Part shown: piece by piece, positions 19,828-29,593 of the stretch
Numbering within the stretch: position 1 is the stretch's first letter
Layout of the letters: each line of letters opens with the position of its first letter
NCBI GenBank assembly: GCA_965372715.1
Contig: CBDVDH010000030.1
Span: 1-44,385, forward strand
Source: an uncultured bacterium
GTDB taxonomy: Bacteria; B130-G9
DNA length: 44,385 nt
Direction: 5' to 3'
Notes under the pieces: model-generated
The model's input: the letters and a program-made list of their open reading frames with translations, nothing else
Told to the model about the DNA's origin: nothing
Database searches by the model: none
Program-made: the position numbers and the translations under genes

Positions 19828-20177
19828 ATAATCAACCTGAAGCTAATAGCCCATCGTCAAATGTAAGCGAACGCATAATTCATGTCAACCTCGGAATGGC
19901 AGGAGTTTACGCAACAGGGGAAACAGGCAAAAGGGCAAGAGGGCAATCCTCCTTTTCGGCCGACGTTCGCCGCGCGGCGAAGACTCGCCGAACGGCCAGG
20001 CGAAGCAAGGCGAAGAACAGGGCAAAGGGGGAGTCGTCAACAGGAGACTCTGCATTGGGCTATACTGGCTCTTGAAATCGTCGGGCTCCGTCCTCACATC
20101 CCCCTGGTTCATCGGCAAAATCATGCCCTAATCCTTTTGTCCTACCTTTCCTCTCCTGCTTTACGGGAAGTTCTCAC

Positions 20178-20506
20178 ACCCGAAAAATCAGATTGGGCCG
20201 AGCAAAGAGGGCCTTTTGGAGTGCGTCCGCCGCGCGGCGGATTTCTTTGGTGGTGGCTTGACACCACCCTCTGATGGACGGCTCCTTCGACCTCGCAGAT
20301 AGTGATTCGGAGATACGGACGTTAATCGATGCGAACCGGTGCCGCGTCAAGCCGCGGCAAGTGAAAGCGGCGCCGGGTCAGAAGCACTCCAAATCACCCA
20401 ACGGGTGCAAGATGCATCGCTACTGTATGCAACAAGATCAGCCTTGTGAATGGCTGACGCGAGTTCAAGACACGATGTCAGCGACCATCAATCTGATTTT
20501 TCGGGT
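20178..20506. mobile_element. MITE-like element family B (329 bp)
   Basis: Perfect 18-bp inverted repeats ACCCGAAAAATCAGATTG (20178-20195) and CAATCTGATTTTTCGGGT (20489-20506). Internal inverted pair TTTGGAGTGC...GCACTCCAAA with hairpins. No clean TSD. Confidence 0.7.
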
Positions 20507-20518
20507 CCCACGTTCGGG

Positions 20519-20546
20519 TTGCATTCGGTTAGCAAAGGACTATAGT
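20519..20546 (+). promoter_or_regulatory. Putative promoter of tRNA-Asp
   Basis: TTGCAT-N16-TATAGT ending 11 bp before the tRNA 5' end. Confidence 0.55.
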
Positions 20547-20557
20547 TGTCAAGGGTT

Positions 20558-20635
20558 GGGGTCGTAGTTCAGTTTGGTTAGAACGCCGGCCTGTCACGCC
20601 GGAGGTCGCGGGTTCGAGTCCCGTCGACCCCGCCA
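20558..20635 (+). tRNA. tRNA-Asp (GTC)
   Basis: Acceptor stem GGGGTCG/CGACCCC, anticodon arm CCGGC-CTGTCAC-GCCGG, T-loop GGTTCGAGTCC, encoded CCA. Confidence 0.98.
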
Positions 20636-20708
20636 TCTCACCCCTTGGGCTGCGTTTCTGGGATACAGTAAGCCCCGCTGTTCATGATGTTAAGCCCGGG
20701 ATGAGATC

Positions 20709-20775
20709 TGGGGTATAGCTACTCCAGCCTGCCAGCCAAAACGTGCCAAGCGGCAGGCTGGAAAGCCTGCCCCAC
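20709..20775. repeat. Inverted pair of GTGG-type REP-like units
   Basis: Degenerate TGGGGTATAGCTACTCCAGCCTGCC faces GGCAGGCTGGAAAGCCTGCCCCAC, between the convergent tRNA-Asp and ccdA-like genes. Confidence 0.65.
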
Positions 20776-20851
20776 ACTTGCGAAGCAATCGGCTCCGCGG
20801 GAACACAGCGCTGTCGTTTCATAACGAGCCGAGACATCCGCCGATGCCGTC

Positions 20852-21709
20852 TCAGTTCGAGGCTGTTGCGGCGGTCGCCTGGAGCGCTGATTCGGTTGCC
20901 GAGGCGTTGAACTTTGCATCCGAGGCCGGGGTCAATGGTTCCTCGACCGATTCTGTTGGCTCTTGGAACTCGTCCGGCCATTCCTCGCCATCATCGAAAC
21001 TCGGCGCGAAGTATTCGTTGATTATCGACGAGAGCGAGCCCGTGTATATCATCACGCCAACGACTATCAGCAGAAGACCGGCGGCGATGTTTATCTTGCG
21101 CATGTGCTTCTTGACCTTGGTGAAGTAGCCAAGCGCCGTATCGACGGCGATCGACGTAAGAAGGAATGGGATGGCAATTCCGAGCGAGTAGAAGCACAAC
21201 AGGTAGATGCCCTGCCATATCGTCTCGGACTGGCTGGCGTAGAGCAGAATCGCGCCCAGGATCGGCCCCACGCACGGTGTCCAGCCCAGAGAGAAGGCGA
21301 TGCCGATGAGAAATGAACCGATATAGCCGGCGGGCTTGTTTCTGACCTCAATCTGCTTGTGCTTGGTTAGAAAACTGAGCTTGAGAACGCCCATGATGTA
21401 TAGACCGAAGATCACGACGATAACACCCGCGATCTTGCTGATTATTTCCATGTGTTGCTGGAGCAGAAGGCCGATCTTGCTAGCGCCAGCGCCGAGAGAG
21501 ACGAACACGACGCTGAACCCCAGAATGAAACACAGCGTGCTTAGGACCGTGGTCTTCCTAATCTTGGCGGACTTCTTATCGCTCGTCAGCTCTGAGAGAG
21601 AAAGCCCTGTGATGAAGGCAAGGTAGGACGGGATTATGGGCAATATACAGGGGGATAAAAAACTCGTAAGTCCCGCGAGAAAAGCCATTGCCCAAGATAA
21701 GCTTTCCAC
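20852..21709 (-). CDS. ccdA: Cytochrome c biogenesis protein CcdA (DsbD-family transmembrane)
   Basis: AGLTSFLSPCILPIIPSY and GWTPCVGPILG redox-cysteine motifs; acidic C-terminal tail. Confidence 0.9.
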   Translation of the reverse strand: MESLSWAMAFLAGLTSFLSPCILPIIPSYLAFITGLSLSELTSDKKSAKIRKTTVLSTLCFILGFSVVFVSLGAGASKIGLLLQQHMEIISKIAGVIVVIFGLYIMGVLKLSFLTKHKQIEVRNKPAGYIGSFLIGIAFSLGWTPCVGPILGAILLYASQSETIWQGIYLLCFYSLGIAIPFLLTSIAVDTALGYFTKVKKHMRKINIAAGLLLIVVGVMIYTGSLSSIINEYFAPSFDDGEEWPDEFQEPTESVEEPLTPASDAKFNASATESALQATAATASN

Positions 21710-21775
21710 GTTACAGATTCCTCCTGACAGTGGCGTATGACTGTTTCCTTAGACCGCTGTCGCCGTAATTATGAG

Positions 21776-22888
21776 CTAGAACCGGCGGCTGTTCGGCCGC
21801 GATGGTCCTCTCGATGAGTCACGGCCGTGTGAACCTCTCGATCTCGCATCTGTGCCTTCCCCGCGGCGTTTGCTGAATGACCCTTTGTATCTTCCTGGGG
21901 CGCGGCTGGCTTTCGCCTTTGACGGGTATTCCTTGGGCGGCGACGACGTGAGGAGTATTTTTTCGGGCCTGAGGACCATCGGCAAACTCGGCCGGCGCCT
22001 TTGATCGTCCGGTGACAGCTTCTCTGCCCGGAAAATGCCGATCAGCTTGCCCCGCCAGGTCCGGAGTATTACCGGGTCTCCTATGACCACTTCGCTCGAC
22101 AACCTTATCTGGTCAACGTCAATTGACAGGCCGTTCATTGCGTAGCGCTCGGCCAGCGGGGAGACTTCTCCTTGCGCGTAGTCCGGCAGAATGCCCTCGA
22201 TTGGCTCAAGCATGCCTGTGAGCTCGTTGCGGCCGAGTGTGAAGACGCGGCTATAAGGAATCGCGTCGCTCACGTCCCAGCTCCCGATGTTTGTCCGTTG
22301 TAGTCTAAAAACGTGCGCCCCGCATCCGAGTTTCTCGCCGATATCGGCACAGACAGACCTTATATACGTGCCCTTAGCGCAGGTTATCTTGAGATTTATC
22401 GTTGATCGCGAGAGCGACTGCATCTCCAGGTCATAAATGGTGACGTCCCTCGGCGGGACGTCTGCCTGAAGGCCCTCCCGGGCCAGGACATAGAGCTTCT
22501 TACCATCCCTCTTGATCGCCGAGAATATCGGCGGAACCTGTTTAATCTTCCCACGAAACTCATCCATGACCGACTCGACGTCGGATTCATCAAACTCTGG
22601 GACCTCTCTAACTCGCAGGACCTTGCCCGTCGAGTCGAGTGTGTCCGTGGTCACGCCAAGCTTCATCCAGGCCAAGTAGGATTTCGGCAAATCCACAAGG
22701 TAATCAAGCAGCCTGGTGGCTCTTCCGACGCATAAAAGAAGGACGCCACTTGCGATCGGGTCCAGCGTGCCCGTGTGCCCTACCTTTTTGACCTGCAACA
22801 CCTTTCTGAGCAGGCCCACCACCTCAAACGACGTCTTACCCCTGGGTTTCGAGATGTTCAGTAGTCCGAACGGCTCGTAAACCTTCAT
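21776..22888 (-). CDS. truB: tRNA pseudouridine(55) synthase
   Basis: KVGHTGTLDPIASGVL, QVPPIFSAIK, KGTYIRS; basic C-terminal extension. Confidence 0.96.
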   Translation of the reverse strand: MKVYEPFGLLNISKPRGKTSFEVVGLLRKVLQVKKVGHTGTLDPIASGVLLLCVGRATRLLDYLVDLPKSYLAWMKLGVTTDTLDSTGKVLRVREVPEFDESDVESVMDEFRGKIKQVPPIFSAIKRDGKKLYVLAREGLQADVPPRDVTIYDLEMQSLSRSTINLKITCAKGTYIRSVCADIGEKLGCGAHVFRLQRTNIGSWDVSDAIPYSRVFTLGRNELTGMLEPIEGILPDYAQGEVSPLAERYAMNGLSIDVDQIRLSSEVVIGDPVILRTWRGKLIGIFRAEKLSPDDQRRRPSLPMVLRPEKILLTSSPPKEYPSKAKASRAPGRYKGSFSKRRGEGTDARSRGSHGRDSSRGPSRPNSRRF

Positions 22889-23005
22889 ATTAGCTGATCC
22901 TGTGCTCAACACATGCCTCCCGCTTCTCAGCTAAAATGGCGTTTATATACCAGCAATTCAAGAACTTGGGAGGAATCCCAAAGCCCTCGATGCCGGTTTG
23001 CCATT

Positions 23006-24025
23006 CTAATCTAATACAGTTGACCGACTTGCACCAGCCGCTTCTTTCAAACCCGTGTCAACCGCCACCACCATTTCGGATATGATCTTGTCTAAGTCGC
23101 CCTCCACTCGGCAGCCCGCGGCACGCTCATGGCCGCCTCCGCCGAACGACCCGGCGAGCAAACCCGCGTCGATCTGTCCCCTTGAGCGGATGCTAACCTT
23201 GTATTGGTCCGCGCCATCCTGAACGAAGAACATGGCGACCTGGGCCGCCCGGACCTTCATCGCGTGATTGGCGAATTGCTCCGTTGAGCCCCAGAAATCC
23301 GCCTCTCGCCTCATCTCCTCAGTCCCCACCATCCATACAATTGAGCCATCCTCGTTTGACTGAGCCGATGCCAGCACCCTCCCCAAAAAAACCAGCCTGG
23401 GCAAGGTGAAATCGCATTGAAGATGCCGCGTTACAGATGCCACATCGACGCCCGCCTCCACGAGTCGGGCAGCGGCCCTCAGCGCGCTGGGCGTTGTGTT
23501 TGAATACGAAAAAGAGCCTGTATCAGTGGAAATGCCGGTGTAGATGTTAGTTGCGATCCGAACGTCGCCTGCGAGGCCAAATGCGTCAATGATCGAAAAG
23601 AGCAGCTCCGAGGCGCTCGAGGCGCCGCCATCGACGACGTTGACCTGGCCGTAAAGAGCGTTGTCCTTGTGGTGGTCGATATTGACGACGGCCTTTGCGG
23701 GGACGCTTTCTTCGTCATAGTCCCATGCAACGCGTGAGAGGCTTGGGCTGTCCAGGACGATAACGCAGTCGAGTTCGCCTGGTCCCAGGCGAGGAGCATC
23801 TAGGCCTGGCGGGGGCATGAGGTCGTATCCGGGCAGAAAATCGTAGATACTGGGAATAGGTTGATTCTGGAGCCAGAACGCCTCCTTGCCGAGCCTTTGG
23901 AGCATCAGCATCGACGCCAGAAGGCTGCCGGCGGAATCGCCATCTGGGTCAACGTGTGAGACCACGCCAAAGCTTCGTCCCTCACGTATGAGTGAGACTG
24001 CTCCTTGAAGGGGATCACTGTTCAT
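23006..24025 (-). CDS. nrnA: Bifunctional oligoribonuclease/PAP phosphatase NrnA (DHH/DHHA1)
   Basis: H.DPDGD, NIDHH, TDTGSF, GGGGH..AAG; usual rbfA-nrnA-truB context. Confidence 0.9.
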   Translation of the reverse strand: MNSDPLQGAVSLIREGRSFGVVSHVDPDGDSAGSLLASMLMLQRLGKEAFWLQNQPIPSIYDFLPGYDLMPPPGLDAPRLGPGELDCVIVLDSPSLSRVAWDYDEESVPAKAVVNIDHHKDNALYGQVNVVDGGASSASELLFSIIDAFGLAGDVRIATNIYTGISTDTGSFSYSNTTPSALRAAARLVEAGVDVASVTRHLQCDFTLPRLVFLGRVLASAQSNEDGSIVWMVGTEEMRREADFWGSTEQFANHAMKVRAAQVAMFFVQDGADQYKVSIRSRGQIDAGLLAGSFGGGGHERAAGCRVEGDLDKIISEMVVAVDTGLKEAAGASRSTVLD

Positions 24026-24392
24026 CTTCCGGGTCTTCGCTTCTTTCCCTCCCAAGTTCTGCTATGGTGTCTGCAACTGAAAGCGCCTGCTCATAAAGAT
24101 CATCCTTGACGAACTCTAGCTGGGGCACTCTCCTGATGTGCAGCCTCTTGCCAAGCTCGCTCCTGATGAAGCCCGTTGCGCTGTCGAGGCCCTTCTTTAT
24201 GTCGTCAGCGTTATGCTCCTCCTGCCGAGGCATCGTATAAAGGACCCTTGCCTGCCGCAGGTCGTGTGTCACCCTGACGCCTGTGATCGTGACGAGCTTG
24301 GCTCGCGGGTCCTTCACCCGCCTGAGAAGAAGATCGCAAACCTCCTTTTGGATCTGATGCTCAATGCGATTAGAGCGGCTATATGTGGGCAT
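24015..24392 (-). CDS. rbfA: Ribosome-binding factor A
   Basis: VKDPR, V..DLRQARV, GFIRSELGKRLHIRRVPQLEF. Confidence 0.96.
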   Translation of the reverse strand: MPTYSRSNRIEHQIQKEVCDLLLRRVKDPRAKLVTITGVRVTHDLRQARVLYTMPRQEEHNADDIKKGLDSATGFIRSELGKRLHIRRVPQLEFVKDDLYEQALSVADTIAELGRERSEDPEDEQ

Positions 24393-24404
24393 GACGGTGT
24401 TATT

Positions 24405-24905
24405 TCAATCCCTCGGGAGCTTCTCATTAAGGGCGCGAAGCACGCACCGGGTTACCAGGTTGCTCACGTCCCCACCCAGGGAAGAGATCTCTTTGACCAG
24501 GCTGGAGCTCACGTAAAAATACCGCTCGCTCGGCATCAGAAACACGGTCTCGATCTTCTGCCTGAGGTTACGGTTCATCAATGTCATCTGGAACTCCGCC
24601 TCGAAGTCCGCAATCGCCCTGATCCCCCGCACAATCGACACAGCGCCGACTTCGGCTGCGAAGTCAACTGTCAAGCCAGCGAACGTTTGAGACCTGGCGT
24701 AGGGCTTGAGACCCAGCTCTTCAAACGACCCTTCGAGCATGGCCAACCGCTCTTCGACGCTAAACGTTGTGGCCTTGCTCATGTTCCGCACGATGCCTAC
24801 CACGATCTCGTCGAAGATGCCGAGAGTCCGGCGGACAACGTCGAGGTGACCGAGCGTAACAGGGTCGAAGGTTCCAGGGTAAAGCGCCAGCTTCGTCATA
24901 GCCAA
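24405..24905 (-). CDS. coaD: Pantetheine-phosphate adenylyltransferase
   Basis: YPGTFDPVTLGH, RGIRA..DFE.E, VSSSLVKEI. Confidence 0.96.
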   Translation of the reverse strand: MAMTKLALYPGTFDPVTLGHLDVVRRTLGIFDEIVVGIVRNMSKATTFSVEERLAMLEGSFEELGLKPYARSQTFAGLTVDFAAEVGAVSIVRGIRAIADFEAEFQMTLMNRNLRQKIETVFLMPSERYFYVSSSLVKEISSLGGDVSNLVTRCVLRALNEKLPRD

Positions 24906-24911
24906 GTGCGG

Positions 24912-25280
24912 CTATTTACGCTTAGTCGCGGTCGGGGCACGTCTTTTTTCCTTGACCCTTGCCGCCTTGCCGCGAAGCTTTCTGACGTAGTAGAGCTTCG
25001 CGCGCCTCACGTCGCCACGGCGCTTGACCTCGAGTCGGCCGACGTTTGGGCTGTTGAGCGGGAAGATACGTTCTACGCCGACCCCGTGCGTTACCCGCCG
25101 GACCGTGAACGTCTCTCTCAGTCCAGAGCCGCGACGCCCAATGACGAGTCCCTCGAACGGCTGGAGCCGCTCCTTGTCGCCTTCCTTGACCTTCACATAC
25201 ACGCGAAGCGTGTCGCCGACTGCGAACTCAGGGACATCTTTCTTAAGATACTCTTGTTCCACAAAGTCAGTTCTCTGCAA
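24912..25280 (-). CDS. rplS: 50S ribosomal protein L19
   Basis: ETFTVRR...[18 protein letters not shown]...GKAAR. Confidence 0.97.
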   Translation of the reverse strand: MQRTDFVEQEYLKKDVPEFAVGDTLRVYVKVKEGDKERLQPFEGLVIGRRGSGLRETFTVRRVTHGVGVERIFPLNSPNVGRLEVKRRGDVRRAKLYYVRKLRGKAARVKEKRRAPTATKRK

Positions 25281-25335
25281 GCTGAATCACCCCCATAAGG
25301 ACGTAATACGCGCACAAATCTATCTAATTGTGCGC

Positions 25336-25360
25336 GGGGGCGTGGTCTCTGACCCGCCCG
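25336..25360. repeat. Solo degenerate copy of the family-A REP unit
   Basis: GGGGGCGTGGTCTCTGACCCGCCCG in the trmD-rplS spacer. Confidence 0.65.
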
Positions 25361-25379
25361 TCAACACGTTTATGTTCTT

Positions 25380-26123
25380 CTAATCATTATTCATAGCCTT
25401 CGAGAGCCTCTCGTACATCTCTTGGCTTTCTCGGACGTTCTGCCAGCCGGCTACCAGGTCAGGGCGCTTTGTGAGCGTGCGCAGAAGCGACTGCCTCGCC
25501 CGCCAGCGCTCAATCCTCTGGTGGTCGCCAGAGAGAAGGACCTTGGGAACCTTCCAGGCTCTAAACTTAGATGGCCTCGTATATTGAGGGTATTCGAGCA
25601 TAGCAAAGCTGTGCGATTCGTCAAACGTAGATTCCGCACAGCCCACAACGCCCGGCAGGAGCCTCACGATCGACTCAAGAAGCACCATAGCTGGCAATTC
25701 ACCGCCGGCGAGCACATAGTCCCCAATCGACAATTCATCGGTAACCAGGTGCTCCCGGACCCGCTCGTCAACGCCCTCGTAGCGCCCGCAGATAACGACA
25801 AAACCTGGCAACTTTGAGAGACTTAAGACCGTTCGCTGGTTCAATAGCTCGCCCTGGGGCGTCATCAATATCACCCTGTCAACGTCGTGATCCTTCGTGA
25901 CGCTCTCGACCGCCTCGAACAACGGCCCGGGCGTCAGCACCATGCCAGGGCCGCCGCCAAACGGCATATCGTCAACCGAGCGGTGGTTGTCGTGGGCGAA
26001 ATCCCTCAAGTTGTGAAGAGCTATCGAGATTGCGTTATTGTCTGTTGCTTTCACTAGCAGAGGATGAGCAAGGAAGGACTCGAAGACCTCGGAAAATAAC
26101 GTAATGATGTGCGCACACAGCAT
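25380..26123 (-). CDS. trmD: tRNA (guanine-N1)-methyltransferase
   Basis: [40 protein letters not shown]. Confidence 0.97.
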   Translation of the reverse strand: MLCAHIITLFSEVFESFLAHPLLVKATDNNAISIALHNLRDFAHDNHRSVDDMPFGGGPGMVLTPGPLFEAVESVTKDHDVDRVILMTPQGELLNQRTVLSLSKLPGFVVICGRYEGVDERVREHLVTDELSIGDYVLAGGELPAMVLLESIVRLLPGVVGCAESTFDESHSFAMLEYPQYTRPSKFRAWKVPKVLLSGDHQRIERWRARQSLLRTLTKRPDLVAGWQNVRESQEMYERLSKAMNND

Positions 26124-26124
26124 C

Positions 26125-26685
26125 TCACATCCCCTCCGGCAGTCGCACTCGAATCGTGCCTGACTCAAGGTCAACACCGAGCACCACATCGTCGATCATC
26201 GGGACGAGTCGCTCACCGGAATCGCCGCTGACGACCAGAACCTCGTTGCCAGCATCGCCGGCACGGAAGATGCTATCGACCTTGCCAATATCGCCGCCGT
26301 TCTCATCTACGACCATCAATCCCTCAAGTTGGTGCCAGTAGTATGTCCCCTCTTCGAGCGGCTCAAGCTCCTCCACCGGAATCCTGACGAATTTCTGAAC
26401 CAACGTCTCGGCGCCCGCGATCGTGTCAGTCCCCTCGAACTTCAACAAGAACGCGTTCTTGTGCGGCCTCGCCGATTGCACGGTCATGCGTGTCGGCTCG
26501 TAAGGCGGCTCAAGATAGACCTCACGTCTTTCGGCGAATCTCGCAGGGAAATCAGTCATCAGGACGACCTTTACCTCTCCCGTGTTGCCGTGGGGCTTGA
26601 CGATCTTCCCTATTGTGCAGTAGTTCGGATTCATTTTTTTTGAGAACTCGGGTAGAACGGGCCGAGGCCCAAACTTGCTCGCCAA
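26125..26685 (-). CDS. rimM: 16S rRNA processing protein RimM
   Basis: [22 protein letters not shown]; rpsP-khpA-rimM-trmD synteny. The true start may be slightly downstream. Confidence 0.93.
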   Translation of the reverse strand: MASKFGPRPVLPEFSKKMNPNYCTIGKIVKPHGNTGEVKVVLMTDFPARFAERREVYLEPPYEPTRMTVQSARPHKNAFLLKFEGTDTIAGAETLVQKFVRIPVEELEPLEEGTYYWHQLEGLMVVDENGGDIGKVDSIFRAGDAGNEVLVVSGDSGERLVPMIDDVVLGVDLESGTIRVRLPEGM

Positions 26686-26750
26686 ACGGGTATTGGCGGT
26701 GAGCTAGGCCCCTGATAATGGCGTTACCGCCGGCCGCGGGGTCTTTTGCG

Positions 26751-26981
26751 TTACTCTATGATCTCGAGTACCGCTCGTTTTCTGACTTTCTTCGAGGCAG
26801 CATCAAGAATAGTTCGCATTGCTCTAGCGGCTCGCCCTTGCCTACCGATTACCTTTCCCAGGTCGTTCTGTGCCACGTGAAGCTCAAGAACCAAAGTCTT
26901 GTCGCCGTCCATTTCGGTCACCTCAACCTGCCCTGGGTCGTCAACCAAAGCTCTGGCAATCTGTTCTATAAGTTCCTTCAT
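26751..26981 (-). CDS. khpA: KH domain RNA-binding protein
   Basis: [30 protein letters not shown]. Confidence 0.93.
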   Translation of the reverse strand: MKELIEQIARALVDDPGQVEVTEMDGDKTLVLELHVAQNDLGKVIGRQGRAARAMRTILDAASKKVRKRAVLEIIE

Positions 26982-27073
26982 CCAGCCTCCTCCGCTTTTG
27001 AGTTCCGCAGAGGCTTCAGCTTCCTAGTTGATGCAAACACGCATCCCAATCCAGAATGCCGAACCTTCAAACC

Positions 27074-27349
27074 TTATTCTGCATTAACTGAATCTTGCTT
27101 CGGCTCCGAGTAAAAACCTGTGACCTTCAGTAGTCTCTTCACACTAACCGTCGGCTGAACGCCCTTTGATAGCCATGAGCGGACTTTGTCGAGGTCCAGT
27201 CTTATCTCAGAAGGCTCTTGCAGGGGATCGTAAGTCCCTACTAGGTCAATGTATCTACCCTGCCGAGGCGCCCTGGAATCGCATACTACAACTCTATAGA
27301 ACGGCTGCTTTTTCTTGCCTGCGCGACTAAGCCGCATCTTAACTGCCAT
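27074..27349 (-). CDS. rpsP: 30S ribosomal protein S16
   Basis: MAVKMRLSRAGKKKQPFYRVVV.DSR.PR.G; GGAGG RBS. Confidence 0.98.
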   Translation of the reverse strand: MAVKMRLSRAGKKKQPFYRVVVCDSRAPRQGRYIDLVGTYDPLQEPSEIRLDLDKVRSWLSKGVQPTVSVKRLLKVTGFYSEPKQDSVNAE

Positions 27350-27458
27350 ACAAGTCCTCCAAAATCGGGATGCCCTTAATCTCCATTAAACCGCAATTTA
27401 ACATAATACCAAAAGTTATGCGCCACTTCAGCGAGAATACAACAACAGCGAGCCAAAG

Positions 27459-28796
27459 TCAGCCTCCAAAGAAACGCAGTCCGCCGGGGACGGCGCCTCT
27501 TCTGCCTCTGCCCTTCATCTGCTTCATCATCTTCCTGACCTGCGCAAACTGCCTCAGCAGCGTGTTGACATCCTGAACGTGCGTGCCGCTGCCCCTCGCA
27601 ATGCGCCTGCGACGGCTGCCATTCAGAATCGCGCTGTTGACCCGCTCCTCTTTCGTCATCGAGCTTATGATCGCCTCAACCCGCTTGATCTCGCTCTCGT
27701 CAAACTCGAAGTTCTTCAGTATTTTCAACTTACCCATGCCGGGGATCATATCAATCAATTGGTCGAGCGGTCCCATCTTCTTCAGCTGCTTGATCGAGCC
27801 CATGAAGTCCTCGAGGGTAAACTCGTCCCTCCTGAGTTTCCGCTCCAGCTCCTCTGCCTGCTCCTTGGACATGGCCTTCTCGGCTTTCTCGATGAACGTC
27901 AGAACGTCGCCCATACCCAGGATGCGCGAGGCCATCCGGTCAGGATGAAACTGCTCGATCATCTCGAGTTTCTCGCCAATACCGATTAACTTGATGGGTT
28001 TGCCCGTGACGGCCCGGATCGACAGCGCAGCGCCGCCCCTCGCGTCGCCATCCATCTTAGTAAGAATGACGCCGTCTATGCCGACCTGCTCGTCAAAAGA
28101 AGAGGCGATGTTGACTGCGTCTTGTCCGGTCATCGCGTCTGCGACGAGCAATATCTCCGTGGGCTCAACCTTTTTCTTCATTCGCTTGAGCTCGCGCATC
28201 AGCTCCTCGTCGATGTGGAGCCGGCCGGCGGTGTCGATGATGACCGTGTCCCAGCCCTTCTGTCGGGCGTAATCAACCGCCTGAACAGCAGTCTTCACGG
28301 GGTCCTGCTTACCCTGAGAAAAGACCTCTACCTCGAGGTTCTTGCCGAGCTTCTCTAGCTGATCAATCGCAGCAGGACGATAGATGTCTGCGGCAACCAG
28401 AAGCGGGAACTTGTGGGCCTGCTTTATCAGCCTGGCCAGCTTCGCGCACGCTGTCGTTTTGCCCGAGCCCTGAAGCCCAACGAGCATCATGATTGTGGGC
28501 GGCTTGCTCGCGACCTTGAGCTTGGCCACCTTCTCACCCAAGAGCTTGATGAGGTTCTGATTGACAAGCCTCACTACTTGGTGCCCTGGATTCAGCCCAG
28601 AGAGAATGTCGGAGCCGATCGCCTCCTGCTCAACGGCGGAGACGAAGTCCTTGACCACCATGTAATTGACGTCGGCCTGGAGAAGTGCGCGCCGGATCTC
28701 GCGCATCGCATGGGATACGTCCTTTTTGGAAAGCGTCCCCTTACCTTTGAGCTTCTGGAAGACCGATTGGAGGCGAAGGGTTAGGCTTTCGAACAT
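27459..28796 (-). CDS. ffh: Signal recognition particle protein
   Basis: GLQGSGKTT, DTAGR, TKMDGDARGG, Met-rich M domain. Confidence 0.98.
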   Translation of the reverse strand: MFESLTLRLQSVFQKLKGKGTLSKKDVSHAMREIRRALLQADVNYMVVKDFVSAVEQEAIGSDILSGLNPGHQVVRLVNQNLIKLLGEKVAKLKVASKPPTIMMLVGLQGSGKTTACAKLARLIKQAHKFPLLVAADIYRPAAIDQLEKLGKNLEVEVFSQGKQDPVKTAVQAVDYARQKGWDTVIIDTAGRLHIDEELMRELKRMKKKVEPTEILLVADAMTGQDAVNIASSFDEQVGIDGVILTKMDGDARGGAALSIRAVTGKPIKLIGIGEKLEMIEQFHPDRMASRILGMGDVLTFIEKAEKAMSKEQAEELERKLRRDEFTLEDFMGSIKQLKKMGPLDQLIDMIPGMGKLKILKNFEFDESEIKRVEAIISSMTKEERVNSAILNGSRRRRIARGSGTHVQDVNTLLRQFAQVRKMMKQMKGRGRRGAVPGGLRFFGG

Positions 28797-29533
28797 GAAA
28801 GCGTCTTGCCCTCCTGCCTCTCGAGTTCCTCAACAGCTATTCCCGCCGCATGCTGCTCCGCATCCCGCTTTGACCGACCAGAACCCTTGCCCCAGACCTT
28901 GTCCTCAATCAGGATCTCAACCTCGAACACGCGGTCGTGCGGAGGGCCGATCTCGGCCGTAACGCGATACGTAGGAGAAACGCCAAACTTGCGGACGCAG
29001 AACTCCTGCACAAGTGACTTGTAGTTCAACTTATCCCTATGACGGACGGCGAAAACTATCTGCCTGCCCAGCTTGCCGATGATAAACCGACCCGCCTCTG
29101 GCAACCCCTGGTCGAAATATATCGCGGCGATAACCGACTCAAACGACGCTGCCAATATCGACACTTTCTTCCGACCGCCGGTCTGCTCTTCACCCTTGCC
29201 AAGAAGGATCGCTTCGTCCAAGCACTGTTCCGCGGCGTGCTCTGCCAGCACGACATCAGAAACCACATACGACAAAACCTTCGTTAGATCGCCCTCACGA
29301 ACGTTGGGGTACTGCCTATACAAATAGTCGCACACGACGAGCTTGAGCACCGCGTCCCCGAGAAACTCCATCCGCTCGTTGTTGGCGCACGCCGGGGCCT
29401 TAATCTCGTTCGAGTATGACGTGTGAGTGATGGCACGCTCCAAAATAGCCGGGTCATTGAATTTTATGCCCAGCTTCTTCTGGAGGGCGAATATCTTAGC
29501 GTCAATCAGATCACGCAGTGAGTCGGAAGTCAT
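28781..29533 (-). CDS. rnc: Ribonuclease III
   Basis: NERMEFLGDAVL signature and C-terminal dsRBD (GPPHDR.F, SKRDAEQ.AA); start at ATG 29533 with GGAGAG RBS. Confidence 0.96.
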   Translation of the reverse strand: MTSDSLRDLIDAKIFALQKKLGIKFNDPAILERAITHTSYSNEIKAPACANNERMEFLGDAVLKLVVCDYLYRQYPNVREGDLTKVLSYVVSDVVLAEHAAEQCLDEAILLGKGEEQTGGRKKVSILAASFESVIAAIYFDQGLPEAGRFIIGKLGRQIVFAVRHRDKLNYKSLVQEFCVRKFGVSPTYRVTAEIGPPHDRVFEVEILIEDKVWGKGSGRSKRDAEQHAAGIAVEELERQEGKTLSCSKA

Positions 29534-29593
29534 CTCTCCACAGACCGCGCGAATCCCTGACCGGGATACGGTCAAGTATTCGCTCGAACCTTC

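Noticed and set aside
20636-20851. tRNA-Asp as integration site of a genomic island
   Set aside because: No integrase and no duplicated tRNA 3' end in the window; the adjacent genes are housekeeping.
21776-25280. Unusual order rplS-coaD-rbfA without infB, and the basic TruB tail
   Set aside because: Lineage-specific shuffling of core genes and disordered tails are common, and nothing points to a new function.
24138-25298. 386-aa plus-strand ORF and similar long shadow ORFs (e.g. 32472-33533, 35515-36135)
   Set aside because: Antisense to well-supported genes (rbfA/coaD/rplS, MTase, ACAD), with no recognisable motifs. Such ORFs are expected in GC-rich DNA.
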